64,000 nt of DNA from Lentisphaeria bacterium (GTDB taxonomy: Bacteria > Verrucomicrobiota > Lentisphaeria > Victivallales > UBA1829). Location: assembly GCA_017541665.1 (NCBI GenBank), contig JAFXYP010000065.1:39167-103166 (forward strand), given 5' to 3'. Under the pieces are notes generated by a model that was given only the letters and a program-made list of their open reading frames with translations, had not been told where the DNA came from and did no database searches. The translations under genes were made by a program, and so were the position numbers. Position 1 is the first letter of the stretch. Every line of letters begins with the position of its first letter. Positions 27,141 to 34,832 of this stretch are shown piece by piece.

Positions 27141-29974
27141 ACCATCTGATCGTCTGGCAGCCCGCGGCGTTCCTGCTCCTGCTGCCGCTGCTCGCGCTTT
27201 TCACGTTCCGCAGGCTCCCGACCCGCATTCTGAACTTCCTCCGCGTCCTGCTTTACCTCGCGGTCGTGGCGGCGGTCGCCGGCATTTCGATCCGTCTGCC
27301 CGAACGCGCCGGGACGCTCGTCGTGCTGGCCGACCGGAGCCGGTCCATGCCGGAAGGCTCGCGCCAGGAGATGGATTCGCTGATCCGCCGCCTGGAACGC
27401 TCCGCGCCCGCCGGATCGAAGCTGAGCGTCATTTCGTTCGCCGGGTCGTCCCTCGTGGAAAAATTGCCGGATTCCCCGGCGTTCAACGGCCTCCAGACCG
27501 ATCCAGCCGACCCGCACGCCACGGACATCGCCGGGGCGATCGACGCCGCGCTGGAGCTCATCCCGTCCGATGCCTCCGGGCGCATCCTGCTGCTTTCGGA
27601 CGGCCTGCACACCACGGGCGATCCCGTCTCCGCGTCCGCCGCCATGGCCGCCGCACGGGGCGTCGCGGTCGATTTCCGCCTCCTTTCCCGCAGCGCGGCC
27701 GACGACGCCGCGGTCCTTTCCGTCGACGCCCCCCTCCGCGCCGCGCCCGGCGTCATCTACACCGTCTCCGCCCGCCTGTACGCGCAGTCGCCCGGCCCCG
27801 CCGTCTGCCGCATTCGCAAGAACGGCGGCGAGTGGCTCGCGCGGGAAGTCCATCTCCGACGCGGCATCACGACCGTCTCCTGGCGCGACAGGACCGATTC
27901 GCCCGGCACGGCAAACTACGAGGTCGAACTCGTGCTCCCGTCCGAGGCGCCCGCCGACCCGGTCCCGGAGAACAACCTCGTCCGGCGGATCGTCTCCATC
28001 GAGGGGCGCAAGCCGGTCCTGCTGGTCACATCGTCCCCCACGAAGAACCTCGCGCGCATCCTCCGCGAGTCCGGGCTGGACGTCCTCGTGACGGAGCCCT
28101 CCCCCGCCGCGCTCGCGCCCGAGGTGCTGGGCGGCGTCTCCGGCGTCATCTTCGAAAACGTGAAGGCGTCGTCGTTCTCCATGGAGTCGCTCGCCCGCCT
28201 GAAGGGGCTCGTTTCCGCGGGCTCGCTCGGCTTCATGATGACCGGCGGCAAGTCCTCCTTCGCACTCGGCGGCTACTACCGCAGCGAAATCGAGGATGCG
28301 CTTCCGGTCACGCTCGAACAGCGCAACGAGGTCCGCAAGGGCACGAACGCCGTCGTCGTGGTGCTGGACCGTTCCGGCAGCATGAGCATGACCAATTCGC
28401 GCGGCATCACCAAGATGTCGCTGGCGAACACCGCTACGGTCGAGGTCCTGAACCTGCTGTCCGACTTCGACCAGATCGGCGTGATCGCGGTCGACAGCTC
28501 GCCGCATACGGTCATCGGCCTCGCCCCGGTCTCCGACGTCCGCGGCCGCGCCGCCAGGATCCGCTCCATCGAATCCATGGGCGGCGGCATCTTCACCTAC
28601 ACCGGACTGAAGGCGGCGTTCGAAATGCTCACGAAATCGAACATCCCGTCCCGCCACATCATCCTGTTCGCCGACGCATCCGACGCCGAGGAGCAGGGGG
28701 AATACAGGACCCTGCTCGGCACCGCCGAATCCGAAGGAATCACAGTCAGCGTCGTCGGGCTCGGCACCAAGTCGGACTGCGACGCGGCATTCCTCATGGA
28801 CGTGGCAAAGCGCGGCAAGGGCCTGGCATACTTCACCGACAAGGCCGAGGAGCTCCCGCGCATCTTCGCCGAGGACACATTCGTCATGGTCCGGAGCACG
28901 TTCCTGACCGACCCGGTGAAGGCGATCCTCCAGCCCGCCGCGACCGCCCTGCCCGGCTCGAACAAGTTCTCCCGCACGTTCGACTTCAACGGCTGCAACC
29001 TCTGCTTCCTGCGCCCCGGATGCGATGCCGTCCTCATCACCGACGACGAGGACCATGCGCCGCTCGCCGCCACCGGACTCTACGGGCTCGGACGCACCGT
29101 GGCACTTTGCGTCGAGGCCGACGGACGCTACACCGGCCCCTTCGCGCAGGATCCCGGCGCCGCGCCGTTCCTGACTTCGCTCGTCACATGGATGACCGCG
29201 TCCGACGACGAGGGCGCGGACTACATGATCACGCAGGAGATCCGCAACGGCAGCCATTACGCCGCGCTGGAGCTCGACCCCGCGCGCACCGCCGACCCGT
29301 TCCGCGGCACGCCCGTCCTCACCGCCGTCTTCTGCGACGATTCCGGCAGGACCGAGACGCGCAAGTATCCGCTCGCATGGGACGGACCCGACCGCCTCGC
29401 CGCCGAAGTCCCGCTCCCCGGCGGCAACATCGTCCTCGGCTCAATCCAGTGGGACGGCGCGCGCCCGCATCCGCTCGTCCCCGTCGAACTGCCCTACTCC
29501 CCCGAGTTCAACCCGAACCAGGCATTCGGCCGCGAACTCACCGAACTTCTCCGGGCCGGAGGCGGACGCGAACGCATCGCCGTCGAGGAGACATGGAACG
29601 ACATCCCGAAACGCCTCCGCGCATTCCCGCTTACACCGTTCTTCTGCCTCGCAGCCATCCTGCTGTTCCTCTTCGAGATCGCCGAACGCCGTTTCCTGCT
29701 CATCGGACGTTTCTTCGTCGCGAAACCGAAGAAGGAAGACAATGGAAATGACGAAGGTGAAAACGCCTCCGATTCCACAGCAAAATCCGGCATCAGGATC
29801 CCGCGCAAACGCCGGAAAGCGCCGCGCGCATCCGCCACGGGTTCGCCCGCCGGATCACCGACGAACAGCGCACAGGCCGCTGCGTCCTCGCAGGACACTT
29901 CGACGGAAACGCCCGCCGAGCCGCCGCCGTCCGACTCCATCTCCGCCGCACTGAAGCGGGCCCGCCGACGGTAA
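27134..29974 (+). CDS. large vWA-domain membrane protein (two vWA/MIDAS regions)
   Basis: ATG 27134 is preceded by AAGGAGG and overlaps the upstream gene by 7 nt, giving 946 aa. MIDAS-like VVLADRSRSM and VVVVLDRSGSMS are present. A C-terminal TM helix is followed by a Lys/Arg/Ser/Pro-rich tail. Confidence 0.85.
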   Translation: MLNHLIVWQPAAFLLLLPLLALFTFRRLPTRILNFLRVLLYLAVVAAVAGISIRLPERAGTLVVLADRSRSMPEGSRQEMDSLIRRLERSAPAGSKLSVISFAGSSLVEKLPDSPAFNGLQTDPADPHATDIAGAIDAALELIPSDASGRILLLSDGLHTTGDPVSASAAMAAARGVAVDFRLLSRSAADDAAVLSVDAPLRAAPGVIYTVSARLYAQSPGPAVCRIRKNGGEWLAREVHLRRGITTVSWRDRTDSPGTANYEVELVLPSEAPADPVPENNLVRRIVSIEGRKPVLLVTSSPTKNLARILRESGLDVLVTEPSPAALAPEVLGGVSGVIFENVKASSFSMESLARLKGLVSAGSLGFMMTGGKSSFALGGYYRSEIEDALPVTLEQRNEVRKGTNAVVVVLDRSGSMSMTNSRGITKMSLANTATVEVLNLLSDFDQIGVIAVDSSPHTVIGLAPVSDVRGRAARIRSIESMGGGIFTYTGLKAAFEMLTKSNIPSRHIILFADASDAEEQGEYRTLLGTAESEGITVSVVGLGTKSDCDAAFLMDVAKRGKGLAYFTDKAEELPRIFAEDTFVMVRSTFLTDPVKAILQPAATALPGSNKFSRTFDFNGCNLCFLRPGCDAVLITDDEDHAPLAATGLYGLGRTVALCVEADGRYTGPFAQDPGAAPFLTSLVTWMTASDDEGADYMITQEIRNGSHYAALELDPARTADPFRGTPVLTAVFCDDSGRTETRKYPLAWDGPDRLAAEVPLPGGNIVLGSIQWDGARPHPLVPVELPYSPEFNPNQAFGRELTELLRAGGGRERIAVEETWNDIPKRLRAFPLTPFFCLAAILLFLFEIAERRFLLIGRFFVAKPKKEDNGNDEGENASDSTAKSGIRIPRKRRKAPRASATGSPAGSPTNSAQAAASSQDTSTETPAEPPPSDSISAALKRARRR

Positions 29975-30079
29975 AGCCGGCTCCCCGCGCCGAAGAGAGT
30001 TGCGGGGTTCCTATCGCGGAGGATCTTCGCGCAATCCGGGCAGTCCTCCCCTCCCAATCCGTGACGGGAAAACGAAAAA

Positions 30080-30121
30080 CCAAAAGGGTTTCATCCTCGA
30101 GCCCCTTTGGCTTTTTATTTT
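30080..30121 (+). terminator. rho-independent terminator of the MoxR-vWA operon
   Basis: CCAAAAGGG, a 13-nt loop and CCCCTTTGG, followed by CTTTTTATTTTT. Confidence 0.6.
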
Positions 30122-30131
30122 TGAAAAAAGT

Positions 30132-30160
30132 TTGCTTTTGGCACATTTTGACATTATATT
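30132..30160 (+). promoter_or_regulatory. candidate sigma70-type promoter (TTGCTT-N17-TATATT)
   Basis: Hexamers at 30132-30137 and 30155-30160, upstream of the 30334 gene. Confidence 0.35.
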
Positions 30161-30333
30161 AGAGCATGTTTTCCGACGAACCGTCTGGTTCCATGGAGAG
30201 CGATTTCCTTTTGCATTTATGATCTTTCATAAAAACCTGTCCGAACGAACGGAAAAGTATCCGTCCCGGTTCTCCGGGACGAACATGCCGAATCCGTCAA
30301 ACAGGACAAAAACTCTCTTGGAAAGGAGAAGAA

Positions 30334-31470
30334 ATGTTCAATTTCGCGTACCAGCTCGAACTGCTGCTGACGGCAGCAAAACCGCCGCTCTATCTTTCGG
30401 AGATGACCGTCAACCGGCAGGGCCCCCGCTACATCTGCCTGGAAGGCAAACCGGGCGGCTGGCTGTTCCGCTTCCTGCTGTCTCTCATCGGTCTGGCTCC
30501 GGCTCCCCGGAAAGTGGAGGTTTATAATGACAGGATCGAATACAGCGTAATAGCAAAATGGTTTCAATCCAAGGAAAAGATCACGTTTTCCACGATCTGC
30601 TCGACCGGCCATCAATTTTTCCGGTTTCCCCACTTCCTGTTCCTCGCCTGGCTCTGCTTCATTTACGGGGTGTTTTTACTGATTCCGCTTTTTCAGTCCG
30701 ATTCCGACGATGTTTCGGCTATGCTCATCATCATATGCATTGGGTGTTTTGTCGTCGGGTTCATCATGCTGTGGCTTTATTTCAAGGTGCAGCGTTATAT
30801 CATATACGCCTACACGAACTGCGGGAAAGGGATGCTGTTCGCGTTCCAGCCGAGAAAGAGTTTCATACTTCCGCCGCCCGGTTCGATCGACATCACCCTC
30901 GAAGACGTGAATTCCTTCATGAACCTTCTCGGAGACCTGATCGAAGCCAACAAATCATCCCGGGAGACGGCATTCCTTTCTTCGGCCCCATATCCTGCAC
31001 AAAGCATCGTTTCTCCGGCACAGAGCATTTCCCAGGGGATGAATGCAAACGCTTCTCCGGAACAAACAGCCGGAGCGCAGAATACGGAACAGAACGTTGC
31101 TCATCAGACTGCCGCCCGGTCTTCTTTCATTCCGGGCCAGATGCTGAACTCCGCGACAATCCAACCCCCGCCGCCCGTCGTCGATGAACAGAAAAGCAAT
31201 GAGTTTCTGAACAAATGCCTGAACCAATACGGCTTCTCGGATATCAACGAGCTTGTAAAATGCAAAACGCCGTTGTCGGAATCCTTAAACTTCCAGAAAG
31301 CGCTCAATTTCGCTCCCCCCACCAGAAAACAGAAGCTCATGGACATTCAGAAAGAACAAAAAATTCTTCTCGACAAGGCGAAAACAAGATCCGCCATATA
31401 CATTGCCATCGCTGTTCTTGCCGTGCTTGGGCTCATTGGTATTATTATTGCTTCGATCATGTCAGTTTGA
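30334..31470 (+). CDS. orphan membrane protein in a lower-GC islet
   Basis: 378 aa with a strong SD (GGAAAGGAGAAGAAATG). It has three internal TM helices, a Gln/Ser/Pro-rich linker and a C-terminal TM anchor (AIYIAIAVLAVLGLIGIIIASIM). Codon usage is visibly more AT-rich than in neighbouring genes. Confidence 0.6.
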   Translation: MFNFAYQLELLLTAAKPPLYLSEMTVNRQGPRYICLEGKPGGWLFRFLLSLIGLAPAPRKVEVYNDRIEYSVIAKWFQSKEKITFSTICSTGHQFFRFPHFLFLAWLCFIYGVFLLIPLFQSDSDDVSAMLIIICIGCFVVGFIMLWLYFKVQRYIIYAYTNCGKGMLFAFQPRKSFILPPPGSIDITLEDVNSFMNLLGDLIEANKSSRETAFLSSAPYPAQSIVSPAQSISQGMNANASPEQTAGAQNTEQNVAHQTAARSSFIPGQMLNSATIQPPPPVVDEQKSNEFLNKCLNQYGFSDINELVKCKTPLSESLNFQKALNFAPPTRKQKLMDIQKEQKILLDKAKTRSAIYIAIAVLAVLGLIGIIIASIMSV

Positions 31471-31488
31471 AGACTTGATGTTCCGTTG

Positions 31489-31526
31489 CAGACACCGGTT
31501 TTAGCAGGCCGGTGTCTGTTTTTTTG
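31489..31526 (+). terminator. rho-independent terminator
   Basis: CAGACACCGG, a 10-nt loop and CCGGTGTCTG, followed by T7. Confidence 0.75.
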
Positions 31527-31556
31527 TCTTCAACCGAACAGATAAAGCGACGCCGG

Positions 31557-32076
31557 AGAGGACAAGTCCTCTACCGATACAATGCGCGGCTACGCTCGCG
31601 CACACCCCAAAGGGGTGATGATGCAGTGCGCGGCTACGCTCGCGCACACCCCAAAGGGGGGCCGTACAGTCCGCTCAGCTTCGCTTGCAGACATTTTTTA
31701 AGGCAAAAGCGAGGCCGGGAAGGACTTGTCCCCGTGTCCGAGCGCAGCCGGACACTACTTCAGTGGAGGACTTGTCCTCCCCGTGTCCGAGCGCAGCCGG
31801 ACACTACTTCAGTGGAGGACTTGTCCCCGTGTCCGAGCGCAGCCGGACACTGCTTCAGTGGAGGACTTGTCCTCCCCGGCCTCTCCCTACACACTTCCCT
31901 TCCTTTTTTTTCCCTTCCCTTTTTTAAACTGGATTCATTTCACTTACAGGTCTTATATCCCTATGGGGCATTGGTCCTGTAGACTCAGGATAACAGCGTT
32001 TTTGTCGGTCAGAGCATCGTCGTGCCGAGGAGGACAAGTCCTCCACTGATAGGGTGCCGGGCTTGCGCTCCGGCAC
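31557..32076. repeat. BIME-like cluster of REP-type palindromic elements (at least 6 copies, both orientations)
   Basis: The module is a hairpin GTGYSSG-N8/9-CSSRCAC, a ~9-nt spacer and the 16-bp palindrome GGAGGAC-WW-GTCCTCC. There are three direct tandem copies (hairpins 31734-31755, 31783-31804, 31829-31850; palindromes 31765-31780, 31814-31826, 31860-31875). Inverted-orientation copies lie at 31557-31603 and 32029-32076. The sub-unit GCGCGGCTACGCTCGCGCACACCCCAAAGGGG is duplicated at 31584-31615 and 31627-31658. Confidence 0.75.
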
Positions 32077-32089
32077 GTCTTTCAAACAA

Positions 32090-34429
32090 TTACGATCCCA
32101 AGAGTTTCGTGCCGATGTGGAGCAGCGAGCCGACCTGGTACACGATCATGGTCACGATGTACGCCAGCGCGAGCAGGCCGCCGGCCTCGATGAACGGCAT
32201 CGCCCAGGAGTTGAGCTCGCGGCGGATGATGGCGAGCGTGGCGAGGCACGGGATCGACAGCAGGCAGAAGAGCATGATGCAGAACCCCTGCAGCGGCGTG
32301 TAGTTCGCGCGGAGCTGTTCGCGCAGCGGCACGGACTCCTCGTCGGCCTCGCCCTCGGAATACAGGATGCCGAGCTGGGCCACGAAGACTTCCTTCGCGG
32401 CGAGCGCGCCGATGGAGGCGGTCGTCAGCTTCCAGTCGAATCCGATGGGCCGGAACAACGGCTCGAGGGCGTGTCCGACACGGCCGGATATGGTGTATTC
32501 CATGGCCTCGGCCATCTGCTCGTTTTCGAGCGCGGCGATGGCGTCGGCGCGTTCCTGCGCGGCATCGATGACAGCCTGCACGTCTTCCGCAAGTTCCAGG
32601 TCCTCCTCCTCGCCGAGCGCTTCAAGCGCTTCGTCCGGGATGACCTTGCTCTCTTTGATCTCCTTCATGACGTCCTCTCCGAAGATCTCCGCGAGCGCTT
32701 CGGTCTGCGCGGCGGCTTCGAGCACGGCGACCTGAGCGTCGGTCAGGAGCCGCGTCTCCTCGATCTGCGCGATCTCGCCCTCGTAGTCCTTCGAGAACTC
32801 CTCCTTCTCGGGGTACGTGTTGCAGATGTACAGGATCACGCTGGTGGCGAGGATGATGGTACCGGCCTTCTGGAGGTACATGCGGCCGCGGTCCCACATG
32901 TGGAGCAGCAGGCTGCGGAGGGTCGGCACGCGGTACGGCGGGAGCTCCATGAGGTAGACTTCGCCGTCGCCCTTGAAGAGCGTGGACTTCATGATGCGGG
33001 CGGCGATGAGCGCGATGACGACGCCGATGAAATACATGAGCCACATCACGAACGCCTGATATTTCTGCACGAAGAACGCCGGGATGATGAGGGCGTAGAT
33101 CGGCAGGCGCGCGCCGCAGCTCATCAGCGGCAGCACCATGATCGTGGTCTTGCGGTCGCGTTCGGATTCGATCGTGCGCGTCGCCATGATGGCGGGCACG
33201 GAGCAGCCGAACCCGAGCACCAGCGGAACGAACGAGCGTCCCTGCAGGCCGAACTTGCGCATGATGCCGTCCATGACGAACGCCGCGCGCGCCATGTAGC
33301 CGGAGTCCTCCAGGATCGCAATGGCGAAGAAGAGGAAGAGGATGTTCGGCAGGAAGACGAGCACGCCGCCGACGCCGCTGATGACGCCGTCCGTGAGGAG
33401 CGAACGCAGGAAGGGCAGCGTCTCGGGGTTCCAGGCGGCCTTCACCGCGTCGTTCAGGTTGCCGAAGATGTCGTCCTCGATGATGCCCATGAGCGGATCC
33501 GCAAGCGTGAACGTGAACCAGAACGTGAGGTAGATGATGAGGAAGAAAAGCGGGAGGCCGAGGTATTTGTTCGTCATCACGGCGTCGATCTTGTCGGAGA
33601 TCTCGCGGCGGCGTTCGTGCGTCATGGAGATGGCGTCGCGGCAGGCGCCCGCGAGCATGGCATAACGGCGGTCCGCCATGAAGGTGTCGGCCTCGATGGC
33701 GTGCTTCTCCCAGAGGTGCGCGATCTGCTTCTCCACCTCGTCCATCGCGGGCTTGAACTCCTCGATGCGCATGGCGGCAGTGTCGTGCTCCAGCAGCTTG
33801 ATGGCGAAGAACCGCGCGGGGATATGGGCGTATTTTTCGACTTTGAGGGAGTCGATCTTTTCGGCGACGGCATTGATCGCATCATCGATGTCCTCGCCGT
33901 AGGTCAGCATCGGTACGCCGTGGTCTTCCAGCTCAGCCAGTGTCTTTGCGAGCTGGTCGAGCAGGGGCTTCACGCCGCCGATCCTGCTGCCGACCGTCTG
34001 CGCAATCGGGGATCCGAAATACTTCTCCAGCTTCGGAATATCGAATTTGAACCCCTTGCGGCGGGCGTCGTCGCTCATATTGAACGCCAGGATCATGGGG
34101 ATGTGGAGTTCGGCGAGCTGGGTGGTAAGGTAGAGGCTGCGGCGCGGGATGGACGAGTCAACGACGTCGATGATCAGGTCGATCCCGGACTTGGTGAGTT
34201 CCTGGAACACGACGTCCTCTTCGGGCGAGGACGAGGAAAGCGAATACACGCCGGGCAGGTCGATGAGCTCGATCTCCATGCCGTTCAGCGTGAACTTGCC
34301 GGACTTGCTCTCGACGGTCACGCCGGGGTAGTTTCCGACGTGCTGGCGGGCGCCGGTCAGGGCGTTGAAAATGCAGGTCTTGCCGCAGTTCGGGTTGCCC
34401 GCGAGCGCGACTCTGAAATGCTGTTTCAT
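32090..34429 (-). CDS. feoB: ferrous iron transporter FeoB
   Basis: 779 aa. N-terminal G-domain (ALAGNPNCGKTCIFNALTG, DLPGVYSL) followed by a polytopic membrane domain. Confidence 0.95.
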   Translation of the reverse strand: MKQHFRVALAGNPNCGKTCIFNALTGARQHVGNYPGVTVESKSGKFTLNGMEIELIDLPGVYSLSSSSPEEDVVFQELTKSGIDLIIDVVDSSIPRRSLYLTTQLAELHIPMILAFNMSDDARRKGFKFDIPKLEKYFGSPIAQTVGSRIGGVKPLLDQLAKTLAELEDHGVPMLTYGEDIDDAINAVAEKIDSLKVEKYAHIPARFFAIKLLEHDTAAMRIEEFKPAMDEVEKQIAHLWEKHAIEADTFMADRRYAMLAGACRDAISMTHERRREISDKIDAVMTNKYLGLPLFFLIIYLTFWFTFTLADPLMGIIEDDIFGNLNDAVKAAWNPETLPFLRSLLTDGVISGVGGVLVFLPNILFLFFAIAILEDSGYMARAAFVMDGIMRKFGLQGRSFVPLVLGFGCSVPAIMATRTIESERDRKTTIMVLPLMSCGARLPIYALIIPAFFVQKYQAFVMWLMYFIGVVIALIAARIMKSTLFKGDGEVYLMELPPYRVPTLRSLLLHMWDRGRMYLQKAGTIILATSVILYICNTYPEKEEFSKDYEGEIAQIEETRLLTDAQVAVLEAAAQTEALAEIFGEDVMKEIKESKVIPDEALEALGEEEDLELAEDVQAVIDAAQERADAIAALENEQMAEAMEYTISGRVGHALEPLFRPIGFDWKLTTASIGALAAKEVFVAQLGILYSEGEADEESVPLREQLRANYTPLQGFCIMLFCLLSIPCLATLAIIRRELNSWAMPFIEAGGLLALAYIVTMIVYQVGSLLHIGTKLLGS

Positions 34430-34433
34430 CGGG

Positions 34434-34745
34434 TCACGCCTCCTTTTTCAGCACGATATTCGCGGCGTCGCTGCTGTGCAGCGCCATGCTCGTTTCCATG
34501 ATCTTCACGCGGATCAGGCCGCCGAACGGCGCATGCGCCTCCATGAGCAGCTCGGTGCCGGGGACCAGCCCGACATCGGCGAATTTCTTGCGGCCGCGCG
34601 CTTTCGGCATGACTTTCACGATGGTCGCGGTCATCCCGACCGGGAGATCGGCGAGCGTCATTTCCTCCCCTGCGACCGGAACACGGTATTCCGGGGTCTT
34701 CGAGGCGTCGCTCCCGCATCCGCAGGAACACTTTTTCTCAGACAT
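34434..34745 (-). CDS. feoA: FeoA-domain protein with an N-terminal Cys motif
   Basis: 103 aa. SH3-like FeoA core (LADLPVGMTATIVKV...LVPGTELLMEAHAPFGGLIRVKI), with N-terminal KKCSCGCGS. It ends 4 nt before feoB. Confidence 0.9.
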   Translation of the reverse strand: MSEKKCSCGCGSDASKTPEYRVPVAGEEMTLADLPVGMTATIVKVMPKARGRKKFADVGLVPGTELLMEAHAPFGGLIRVKIMETSMALHSSDAANIVLKKEA

Positions 34746-34832
34746 TGTAAATCCCTTTCTTTTGAAGCCCGGGACGGTGCGGTGAACACCGCCCCGGGAG
34801 TACCCTGTTTTTTTATACGAGACGTTTATTTC

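Noticed and set aside
25248-29257. Reverse ORFs 25248-27134 (628 aa) and 26552-29257 (901 aa), and similar ones at 1186-2487, 5293-6777, 6294-7814, 16872-18026, 17951-20293, 22274-24274 and 41391-43322.
   Set aside because: They have the same shadow-ORF composition (runs of R, G, D, E, H). Each lies antisense to a gene with clear family motifs (BatA-N, vWA, PdxA, BAHT, GT2, MoxR and others).
31719-31875. Possible CRISPR array, suggested by the three regularly spaced repeats.
   Set aside because: The units abut one another, with a period of 46-49 bp and no unique spacers. They are internally palindromic composite hairpins, copies occur in both orientations, and there are no cas genes. They are better explained as REP/BIME-like elements.
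31512-32049. Three overlapping + strand ORFs (156, 80 and 107 aa) across the repeat cluster.
   Set aside because: They read the same tandem repeat in all three frames (repeated SERSRTLLQWRTCP, VRAQPDTTSVEDLS and so on). They are artefacts of the repeats.
34771-34812. GC-rich hairpin (CCCGGG...CGGTG-AA-CACCG...CCCGGG) between secretin 1 and feoA, considered as a terminator.
   Set aside because: The T run lies on the + strand side, where no + strand gene ends. On the transcribed minus strand no U tract follows it. Its function is undetermined, so it was not annotated.
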